64,000 nucleotides of DNA from Tubulanus polymorphus (taxonomy: Eukaryota; Animalia; Nemertea), in the NCBI RefSeq assembly GCF_964204645.1, contig NC_134031.1, positions 7,874,001 to 7,938,000 on the forward strand. The letters are read 5' to 3'. Shown here piece by piece: positions 23,201 to 35,200 of the stretch. The notes under the pieces were generated by a model, which was given only the letters and a program-made list of their open reading frames with translations, was not told the origin of the DNA and did no database searches. A program made the translations under genes and the position numbers. Numbering within the stretch: the stretch's first letter is position 1; every line of letters starts with the position of its first letter.

Positions 23201-26200
23201 GCACCAGTTTCTGGAAAAGGTGGATTCTCGCAGTCCCAGGACTCTACTGCTAAAAACTTGTGGCGATCAGACTCAGATGGCTTTCCTGTGACCTTTATTC
23301 GTAAATTATTTTCTTGTTGGTTTTGGGAAAGCCTAAACTTTCCTGGAACAGGTATACTTTTTCTGGTTCTCTATTCTGTTAAAGCATATCTATCTGATAC
23401 CTTGAATTTAGATGTATCCATTGGGGACCAGTGACTTATTGGTTTTCAGGAGAATCTGAGCTTCCCAGTATCGGGTATTTTCTCAAACTCTGATGATTTT
23501 ACTTCTACGATTATAGTGATGGCTTAAGGATGGATTAAGGGATGCGACGATTTGGCCATAAAATAGATGGATGCCCTCACAATGTATGTCGAGGTGGTCG
23601 GAATATCAATATTTTTATTTATTTAAGCGTTTAACTGGACAACATTTAAAAGCATTAGACTTTGGCTTTGTTAGTTTGGATAATCTAGTTGTCAACCTTG
23701 CCGATAAACACCTGCGGATGGAGTACAGTGGTGCAGGTAATGAAATAATTCTAAAATTCAATTAGGTGGGAATTTTGCCTTCCCACTGATTTACTAGGTT
23801 TTTAGGATCAACTGTGTTGATCCTGATAGAATAGTTCTGGGAGTAAATTTCTGTAAGCACAAATTGAAGCCAATGGATATACACAACTCATATTTTGTCA
23901 TTAGGATAGAATTAGGTGTTGGAATTGATGTGGCAAGTTTCGTCCATCAGCTCTAAGCCATTTGGAAGTGCTGGGAGAAAATGTGCAAAACTTCACTGAA
24001 TTTTTTTTCCCATTCTACTAATCGATGCTTGACCTTGTTTCCTAACATCACAGGGAAAGCCCTTCAGAAGGGCATCACTTGGAAATCCCTCTAGAAGGGC
24101 TTTCCCAGTGACATCATTATCAAGAACTGTTCTAGCATGTACATGTACTTGTGACTCATAGGGAAAACCCATTACCATGTATATCATCAAAGTTGAACAT
24201 GCTTACTACACAGTCTACAGTGATTTCATCTTTATCAGCTGTTTATATGTATATTGCAAAAACCATGAACAAATCGATAACTAAATTATACTAAGTTGAT
24301 CCTACTTGACCCATGGCCTTTATTTACTGAAGGAAACGTTATATATTTCTGTAATAAGGTATCATCAAGATCTTCCCTCTTGGCCAATTACTGGAAGATA
24401 AGAAAAGTACTTTGAGTTCAGAGTCTGAAACAAGTACAGTCAGTAAAGAGGTAAGTGTTATATATGCCTTCATTTTGTTGCCAGACAACTTGGGTCGATT
24501 TCTTAGACTGGGTAATTCTGATCAACTTCCGAAACCATATCGAAATTTGTTGCTCTATATTGACTCTGTTACATGTATTTACATATTATTTCTGCGTATA
24601 TGATAGTTATTGCCTTGTATAGGATTCAGTCCAAGGGATAACATGGAATCCTAGTTCTAAGAAACTTATCCCAAGGACTTATTTTGGTATGGTTCATTTT
24701 CTTCATTCTCATTTCTAATATTTTCAGAATTCTTTGTTGCTTCCCCCAGACTCAGTTGGTCCCGGAGTTTATTATCAGTTACAGGTTATTCCCGCTTTAG
24801 ACCAGAGTGACACCTACATTGAGGTTTACGTATCAAATATTGCCAACCCAAGTCATCTTTGGATTCAGCTGAAAGGCACAAACACCACTGATGAACTAGA
24901 AACTCTGATGGATGATTTAGAGTATGTGTTTTGTTTTTTGTAAAATATTCTATACATGCTTATGGGTGGGCTTAAAATGGAATAAATGTATTGGAATATT
25001 CACTGCATTTGTTAATGACTCATCAAAATCATCAAAACTCCTGCAGTGCTCATAGTCTGTCCTGTATACAAAATGGGGATTTGTCAAAACACTCGAGGAA
25101 ATTTTGTTGAAATTAGGCCACACACTGCATGCTCATTGAACTGAAAATTTAAAATTAATTTTTGGCGAACCGTAGGTTTGCCTATGCAAACGGTCTGATG
25201 AAGCAGTTTTCATTGAAAATGAATAGAGTACCGATGTGTCAACAAGGCACAAACATTGGCTGTTGAACCGATTGTGTTGATTTTTGGTTTCATGGTTTGG
25301 CTTAATGAGTTCTCGAGCCCACAAAAATTTCATAGTGATCGAGTTATTTTTAGGAATTGGAATTGAAATATATAAAAGTTCAATCCTTCCTGGAAGTGTC
25401 GCCGTTTTTAGTTCGACTGATCTCAATGTACTTTTCCACCTACAGGCCCTCACTTTATAAACCCCCTAAATTTCCTCGCTTCTATTTATTTGAGTTGACC
25501 TTGTAACCTGAGGTACAATGAATGTGATTGGCTGTTTGTGGGATATACGGGAAATTCCAGGAATTGCAGCGTCTCTGATGTAATTGGGAAAGCCCATTGG
25601 GAAAGCCTAATGTGAAACCCAAGACAAAATGGCGAACATTTTATTCGATTAGGTATCGTACGTTTGCTTATAATTTGTTCGTTGACACGAATATAAGCGA
25701 GTGGGCTATTCAATTCAGTTGCAATTCTGAACTAGCAAGTAGTGGGTCTTCCAAGTTGGTATTTATTTAAGAAAAAAATCATAGCCGCTATTTTTTTCAT
25801 TTCTAGAAAAAAAAGTCCGTATATGTTTGCATTTTTATGACATTTTGTGGATGGAGGTATTCTGACTTGCGAAATTACGGCCAATCTAATACTGCGTCGC
25901 TAGTACATTTGTATACACGCGCGTCAGTAGTCAGCCGCGTGTGTGCGAATATAGGTTACAGTATATGGCTGTGGGTGTTAGTAATCACCTGAGCGAGTCT
26001 CTATATATAGCACAGTGACTCGGCAATGATAGAACTCTAACACATCCGCAGGCGCATATATTGTCAGCCTCATACATCTTCAATCCGAATGAATTTATAT
26101 TTAGTATAATATTTTTGACAATGTATGCACTAAATGACTTAATGGTGAGCCACAGGGCCATTGGACCTTTATTATCCTTATAGATTGGTTTTGAGAGTAA

Positions 26201-29200
26201 CTTTCTGTTAGCTTATGGTGGCACAAATTGTAACCCTTGGATATAGACAGCAGATATTTTGTCATTAGGAGTGAAATAGGGGTTGGAATTGATATGGAAA
26301 GTTTAGTCCATCAGCTCTAAAGCCATTTGAAGTCGCTGGGAGAAAATGAGCAAACTTTCTATGAATTGTGCCCCATTCTACTAATCGATGCTTGTTTCTT
26401 GATGATGTATGTAGAACAAACACAGTAATGATGGTTCTGCCATAAATGGATTGTTCTTACTCGATTTACTTAAGGTGCTTCCAGCTCACATCTCCATCAC
26501 TTTATTTATACTCATGCCGCCCTGGGTTAATGCACAATGCACCTGCTTTGTGCTGGGCATTTTTTAACTGAAGTTTTTTTCTATTTACAGTATATTCTAC
26601 AATAATCCAGTGAATAATGAGAAATATCGAATGCCTACAAGCATGATAGCAGTTGGTCAGCTTTGTGCAGCCATCTTTCCTGAAGACAGCAACTGGCATC
26701 GATGTGTAATTACTCATATTTATGATCAGAATGAAAGTATGATTGAGGTACTATAATAATTGTTGTCTTATGTCAAGTTTATTTCAATTTATCCACTACT
26801 GTACCACTTTCAAACATATAACCATATGCATAGCAGGTCTTCATATCGATATTTATTACTTTATATATTCCAAAAGAAAAATGAGAAATTTTATGGATGA
26901 ATCTGTTAAGCTTTCTAGCATTCTGGTTACAGTATTTTGTTTTGGTCCATTCCTCGATGTTTAGACGATATGTATCTGAGATGATAAAGTATCCGCGTTT
27001 GTTCATTCTTCCACGGGATTTGAATATGCTATAGCTTGGATAACGTTAGAAAAAAACTGTGAAATTGTGTTCGAAAATCTGTCATTAACTTCTTGACTCA
27101 GGTTTTTGGCGTGAAAGTTGGCTTGCGCTGATGTGAAAAAGTATTAGTATTTACTTTTTTATATGAACCCTGGTTAGATGATACTACGCATTTGTTCATA
27201 AATTTTCAGGTTTATTACGTTGATTATGGAAATCGGTGTGGTGTTCCATTGGATATGATTCGAATCCTCAAGTAAGATCTTAAACTTTACCTGTGAGCAT
27301 GTAATTACAATTTTGGTTCTTTCGATGATGTATTACATTTCTGTATTGCATGATATTGTAGATCACGTTTCATAGAGTTGCCTTGTCAAGCTATTGAAGG
27401 TCGTTTAGCCAACATTGTTCCAGTTGATAAAGTATGTGGCTCTACTTGTATGAATATCCTTCAGATTTGTTAAGTAATCTATACAAAAAGGCCATGAAAA
27501 TGAGATATTTGGTATTTTATAGAAATGGATGCTGCCAGCTCGAGATCGACTGCTGAGCCTGTGTACTAATCGCTGTGTATGTGCACTGGTCACTGATGTT
27601 CAGGTAATTTTTAGGCCAGCCGTAGGCTGAGCCTATTACTATACAAATGGAGCGAATTTAAATGACATGGTTTCCACACAAAAGGCTCTTTTGCTTGCCA
27701 AGTGAGGGCATATTCGAACAAATCACGTATTTAAGCGTAATCCATTCTCGGAATCGTAGCGAGCAGAATTTTGAAATAGGCTTTCATAAAAATGTTTTCT
27801 GCATTTTTCACTAAAATAAAATCGGGAAAATTTCAATTTTTATCAGCCAATCAGGAAGTTGTGTCTTCCCTGTGATTGGTTTATCTAAAAATATCAGCAG
27901 CTGTTCACGTGAATTATCGTGATTTCATTACTGGCGCTTTTGCGCATGACGTCATGTATCAACACGCGACAATACTTCCGCGTTCGCTGATTGGCCCATT
28001 TACTGGGAAATTCCACAGAAGCCTAATGTGGTTTGTTACAAGCGCTGTGATTGGCCCGACCCGATTCTGGCACGGCTTTAGCTTAGTGGGTTCGAATCCC
28101 TTGACGGGAGAAGACGATGGATCCTATCGATGCTATCAACAAATAAGTTTCCCGGTTGGGCAGCTGCGGATATCTACCGAAAGTGTTGCGGTTCGATATT
28201 TCGAGGTTTCTTTGAATTTTGGAGTGATATTTAAATCCGGTAAACACCGGCGGTAGATTGTGAAAACCCATTGCTTGATATTTGTACTACTTAATCAACG
28301 AAAAGCGTCGGGGCCGCGCCAGGAGTTTTCGCGATTCAAGTAGCTCAATAGCCTACTTCTTCGTGTTCGTCCACCTCCGCAATTTTCACTCCGCCGATCT
28401 CTGACACGGCTCTGTCGCCGTCGGCGCTGTGATTGCACTATTCGTACCACCAAAATTTTTTATTTATATCAGGGAGGTCTGGAGAATAAAAAAGTCAAAA
28501 TTTGGATATCACATAGGCCTGATTTCATCGAATAAGTCGACCATGGTCGTTACGTTTCCGTACTTATTACCACCTAAAACCGTCTGAACAATTTTGTCAC
28601 AACCAACATTTCGTTTACAGAAATCAGGTGTTCACGTGAACCCGCGGTATCGTCTATTGTTTTACTTCCGGGTTTTATTTTAAGATTTAAAATCGTATTT
28701 CAAGATCGATTTCTATGAAATCTTTAGTTGATTTGGTGTTTGGGAGGAATTTTTATTTGCTCCACAGAAAATTCATCCTTGACAATTGCGCAAGGTTCGC
28801 AAAAAATTTCTTTTCCCAAATCGAGTGTATGAACTTGATATGCTAATTAGCCATGTGCTCGAATTGCAAATTCAATCAAATTTTATTCTGCCAAAAAAAA
28901 TGTTAAATCCAATTCGTTTTCCGAGAGTTAATGGTATGCTGCATGGAACAAAGTTGTTTTGAGATGGGTCTTGAAGCTATTGAGTCGAGAGATAACCATC
29001 TAGATAGTTCGTGAGAGTTCCAAAGTTTTGAAGAGGCTTCAAGGTAATGTCTTGATATTTGGTTTATACGTGTATCTACCCTAGACACATATTCAGGCCA
29101 AAAACTGGCCCTGTCAGATTCAAGATGGCCGACTGGCAGCCATTGTTGTTCGCCAAAATCAGCACTTTTTACACATTTTAGAAGTTTTCGAGGGAAATTT

Positions 29201-32200
29201 TGAAGACACTTTTATCAATAACCTTGATCATTCGTATATATTTGTATCCCCCAAGGGCCCATCCGCATGATAAAAATTGGGTCGATCGGACTCAAGATGG
29301 CCGTCCTGTGACCTTTTTTGTTCCCAAAAATGTTAATTTTGGCCTGAATTCTGAGTCCTGTAGCTTTCTAATGGTGTGCTATTTTTCATTGCAATTTGTA
29401 ATGGGTATTCTTTGGAAAAGGATCTTTTATATCCGAGAGGGTATTTTTGACCAGGCAATTATGACGCAATTGGCGGCCATCTTGGGGTCATCAGTACTCA
29501 TTCATAGGTGGAAAAAAAGTTTTGCCACATCATTTTGATACTTAAGCATATTTATTTAGCTACCATAATTAATTGGAAAGTTGTAGCTCATGACATGGTC
29601 TATGATCTTGGTGAGTTTCAAGCTCATTGGTTTTTGTATATGGCCACCAGGGGCGTTGAACAATACAATAACTTAGTATTTCTATATTACATTCGCTCCT
29701 GCTGTCTGTGTTAACACACGATTGTACTATGTAAATGACATTGAGCAGGGAGTGTATATTGATAAATATAACCCACAGATTACATCATTTATAAAAAGCA
29801 AATCTGACAGGCTGGCCATTGTGCCCCTTGGGGCTCCTGTTTCCAAATTCCATTATGGTAACGAGACTGAAGAGATCTTTTACAACGAAATCTTCATTAT
29901 TGGTTTGGAGATCTGTGCTGAGATAGCTTACTCACAAAAAGCTGTGTTTTAGCAAGACGTTTTGTGCCATTTAGTGCCATTCAAAACTTAACATAATAAA
30001 GTCTAAACAGTTAAATACAATTGCCCCAAAATTTTCCATTTACGTATTAAAAATAAGCATATAATATGAAGTTTGCTAACTTTTCAGAAACATTTTTGTC
30101 CTACTCAGAATATTCTACTGTCCGACTGGTTTTGGACTAGACAGACTTTAAACCAGGGATGAGAATTCCCCGCGGATCCGCGGTTTTCCGCGGATTTCGG
30201 TATTGAAAAATATCAATTTTCCAAATAGTCCAAAAATGATGTAAAAGTATGGGGGGGATGATCTCACTCAATTGGTCTGGCGCGATCGGTAATCAGGTGA
30301 ACCGTAAAAGCGTTCAGTGCCTGTTTTACTCATCATCACGTAAAAGTATCGTATTTCAATGCATATTCATTGCAACACGGTGATTTTGTATCTACATTTG
30401 TACTACGATCTTGATGAGTGTGTATGTATTTTATCGATCGGTTGCCGAACTGCGCGTGCGGCAACAGTAGTAATGTATATAGGCCTACTTACTGTTGCCG
30501 CGCGTGTGTGGCGAACGTCTTCGGATATTATACACTACTGGGTGATGATTTTTAGTGAGCATTCATCGGCGCATATTTACTGCAATAATTCAGGGCTCGA
30601 CCCATATTGCATGAGATGTTGAATGTCATCGAATGAGGATGTACCACATTGGAACTAGCCATTACCTTCCAAAATATAATAGTCGTTCATGGGTTCAAGA
30701 TCGCTCTTAAGTGCTCGGAAAACACATTTAATTTCTAAAATTTTCTTGGGGGAGGGCCGCCAAACCTCCCGAAATAGCTTCGCGCCTATGGCGCTCGCTA
30801 GTGCTGACGGCTATGCCGTCAACTTGTTCACGTGTGTAACTCAAGAAAAAAAACTTGCGGATTTTACAGGTCAGCGTTCTTATCCCTGTTAAACTTTATT
30901 CATTAATAGGTTTATGTGACTGTACATGTGTGGCTATACGTATGTATGTATATAGACCGACCTTGAAATGGAATATCAAAGAAAATTACAATTTCTAATG
31001 TAATAGATAAAATGTAAGAATTCCACCAAATGTGATGAGCATTACACTAATCAAATTCATTCAGTGCTCCTAAATAAGATGTCTTTCGTAGGCAAAATTG
31101 GTTGTTCTTCAGAAAATAAATGAATACGAGCAGCTGTATTTCGGAACAATTTCTCATGATTAGCAAAATATTTTTGTGCCATGATTTGGTTTTTTGCATT
31201 GATTAGATTATTGCGCATTGGAACAAGCAATCTGATGTGAAAATATATGAAAATAGATTTGACAATTAATCCTTTTGATTGTGCAAAATAGTTGGTAGAC
31301 TGGTAAATATGTTATTATACAAAATGCTATATTTCGGCTTAGGAGAGCAGGAATATTACATCTCCATGAATTATGTTGCTCTTTTCTATGGGTATTTGCA
31401 TGTACATAACTACAGACGGAGTCCTAAAGTGTGGAAAAGTCTGATTAGTTCAATAAACTCTATATTCTTTATAACTCGAATAGACGTATCTGCTTGGGTT
31501 AAACTAATTTATCAATGCATTTCTTTTTGACAGAATCGAGTTTTGTCGCTTTGTCTGTGTGACACTAGTGGTGATGAAGATATTCATATTAATGATGTGC
31601 TCGTTAACGAAGGCCTCGCCAAATTTTCACCTGATAATATGACGCCTACTAAAGTTATTCAGGACCTTCACACTCTAGCAGAAACCTTAGAACCTGTCAC
31701 CGAGGATGAAGCAACTTCAGCAATGGGAATGTAAGTTAATATGAATTGCGTTAGACCTGTGTCAAAATTCTTTGAGGGACACTTCTATTTCAAGAAAAAG
31801 TGTAATTTTTTACCGAAAAAGGGGCACTTTCTTATTGTAAAAGGGCAGATCTTAAATATGAAGTGCTTGGTTACCTGAATGAATCATTTGAGAATGGAGT
31901 ACTTTTCCAAAAAAGCATGAAAATTGTGTCCAAATTTCGAAAAAAATTCTTGACCCAAATTTTTTAACACGGACTTTTTGAAGGGCACTTATATTAGCCG
32001 CGATCATACGGAGACGATTTGGCCCGGGCCAAATTGGTACGGATCAGGCCCGAGCCAAATTCGGCCCGTGCCGCTCGATACTAAACAATGCTCAAACAAA
32101 GCGAAGTGGATCATTTCCGGTGCAATTCAAACGCAATCATTTGTCTGGTGCTAAAATTTGGCTCGGGCCTGGTCCAACGTTTTTGGTCAGGCCAAACAGG

Positions 32201-35200
32201 CTCGGGCCCATTTGGCACCTGTGTGAACAGTTGTTCCGGGCTTGTGTGATCGCGGCTATGGATGGTACTGATATATTTTCAAATATTTTGATTGGCTTGC
32301 ATTCAATCAGATTGTGTCCCCTTGGACAGCTCCTTAAGGAGGGCACGTTGTGATAGTGCATTGCTGGGTTATGCGCAACCGCTGTGGTAATCATGACACT
32401 AAGATTTCCTTATTTTTGCTGAAGTTTGTTCATGATAGATGTAGCTATTTTTAAGACCAGCAGGAAGAAAATGGTGTCATATTCAATGCAGGGGTACAAA
32501 ATTTTCCGTTGCTGCATTCATTAAATCATAGAACTATAAGCGAACTTTAAGAGATTTCCTAAAATACAGACCGGTTGCCATTGTTCTGTTCTTAATTTGC
32601 ATTTTTTATGATTTGTTTATGTTTTTAAACTTAGATAATAAGAAATGCTATCCGAAATGCTCGCAGAGAAAATATTATTGGAAAGGCAAAGGCAAATGCA
32701 TAGTGATGTCATGAGAGTTTGCATTCCTGTTGGCTTATAATTTATTGTTAAAATACAGCAGTGAAACTTCAGATTCATTAATATGTTCAATGTTCCCACA
32801 TTGAATTTCAATCCAACAAGATGCACCGGTGAAATGAAAGTACCACAACCCATAATATACTCTATGCATATGTTCCTAGCTTTATTTGTTTTCAAGTTTG
32901 CATATGCTATGCTATTTACTTTGCTAGTGAATCGGTTGACGGAGTAGATATGGCTCAACAGCAGTTGAATTTTGATGAACCTGCCGATGAAGAACTTGAA
33001 CAAATCCCAAGGTTTATCAAACTTGTGCAGTGTGTTGACAACGATATTCATCTAGTCAACTATGGTGGAACAGCGTACCTTCTCAGCGCAGAGATCTCTC
33101 GCTGGCTTTGGGATGCAAATGTTTTAAAAGAAAAACTCCGTGCCAAGCGTATGGTCATTTCAAAAGTTTCCGTGAATAAAACTGATGATCCTGAATTATA
33201 TGAAGAATTTACTCAGTGAGTCAACAAATTACATGAAAATATTCTTTTCGTAGACGTGCTTTCCACTAACCTTTACTTGAATGGATGAATTGTATCATCT
33301 ACATGAATGATTTATGTTTTAATAATGACTTTTTTTATGACTTAAAACAAGGACAACACAGCCTGAAGATTACTCATTTAAGGGAGGAAATATCCTGAAT
33401 CTGATTTTGATAGATCTGAAATTATACATTTATACCAAATTAGTCTTAAGGCCTTCCAGTGGGGACCTATTATTACAATCATCTCGACTAACAATTAATG
33501 AAAGACAGGATAATGTCCGATTCAAACGCCATGGCATATCAAACTTTTTCAGGATTCATGCAACGTGTACTTTGTTAAGGATTGATTTCAAGCATCATTG
33601 GTCAGGTCAGCTTAATTCAAAAATCGTACAGGTTTTGCAAATGTTGCGTAAAGTTTGTAGATTGTAATTGATTCTGTTGGTCTCCCACCTGGAACCTAAT
33701 CACAAGCGCAAAATATCTTCCAAATAAAATTTTGAATTGGGTGGATGGACTGTGGAAAAGAATATAAAAGAGGAATTCAAATGATGGGAGAAACATAGAA
33801 AACTAACTTATAATCATTGATAGTTGAAAAGTTGAAAATTCTGATGGAAATATGAAGACAAATGACATATTCTTTTGAATTATGAAAACACTACCCTCAA
33901 AGGCTTAAAGGGGTCATGAAGAGGTTTTTGAGATATGGCTAAAAGTATTTTTTATCATCAATTATACCCTATTTATTGCTTTAGTGGTCAAGAAATTAAT
34001 TTTTACTTCTTCAATTAGTGTTAAAATGAGAGTTTTGATTGGCCGCGCTGATTCCTTCCCAACCTGGAAGTGTGACGTCATTCTGAGAACCCAAACCAAA
34101 ACAACATGGTGTAGTGTATAGAAACGGGTGATACTAACAGCGATAAAAGTGCAAAATAGTGACTCAAATACATCAGATTTCAATCAAACGTCTGATGTTT
34201 AGGAAGCCAACAGTTGTTACTAATAGACAGTCGAAATTATTCCATTTAATTTGGACCTGATTCCTTAGAATGAAGGAATTTTTGACTATAGAGTACAGCA
34301 TATTACTACGTCATGCCCGTCGAGCAGTGAGCATTCATCGTCATTAAGTCATTCCCTCTGTAAAAACCACGCGGAGGGGATGACTGATATAGACATCGCA
34401 GATATTTCTGTGGGTAGAGATATTTTTATCCAGTACTGGACCATAAAAGCGTCCTGAAACCGTAAACTTGTTCGTGAATCCCAGCCGAGCCTGCGCCATC
34501 CCGGCCGTGTAATAGTAATGTGTGCTGCATACATACAGTCAGTATGTTCTACATACTACAGCGATGTGGGTCACTGGGGAAAGCCAGTACTATATGCTGT
34601 GGAAAGCGCGTATCTCTTACTACGCATTTAATTTGCGAAAATAGCGTCACTTGGCAGGATAAAAGGCTGTTAGATGATAAAAACATAAGTTTTGTGTATC
34701 CAAGTTTATGTGTGCCGTAATATTTGCCACAATCTTTCTCAAAAGTGTGAAGCTAGTTTATACATAGGCCGGGTGTCCTCGCTCTTACGGTCCATCATCT
34801 TGGGGCCAAATCTTTGGTTTCGGCAACTAAAATTTGTCGCTGCCTTTATGGGTAGAGTTCATAGCTACACACAGCCAAGGTATTCAAAAGACGGTAAAAT
34901 AAGCGTGATATTAAACGAAAATGAGCATTGTATCATAACGCTTCTGAGTGTGCTGCAGACGATGTGTTCTCAGAATGACGTCATCAACATCACTGCGCAA
35001 ACGCGAGCGTCCTGTTGCTACGGCCGTTGCTACGGGCTTTTCTCGAGTTTGGATAAAGATTTTAAAATAATTTTTCACGAGACTACTATAGATGCATACG
35101 GTGAATGTTTTACACAAAAAAATTTGATTTAAAATTTTTTTCAAAACCTCTTCATGACCCCATTTAAATGAATTTGTTCTTGTATGACGTTTTTGGTAGA

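Noticed and set aside
26502-26717. Minus-strand 71-aa ORF
   Set aside because: It is the antisense shadow of the TDRD5 Tudor exon 26591-26747.
28080-28110. tRNA gene (GGTTCGAATCCC B box)
   Set aside because: No A box or cloverleaf, and it lies inside a repeat.
32456-32690. Two extra TDRD5 exons (32456-~32493 and 32635-~32690)
   Set aside because: Exon 31534-31730 splices in phase directly to 32928. The candidates have weak or non-canonical donors and no recognisable peptide.
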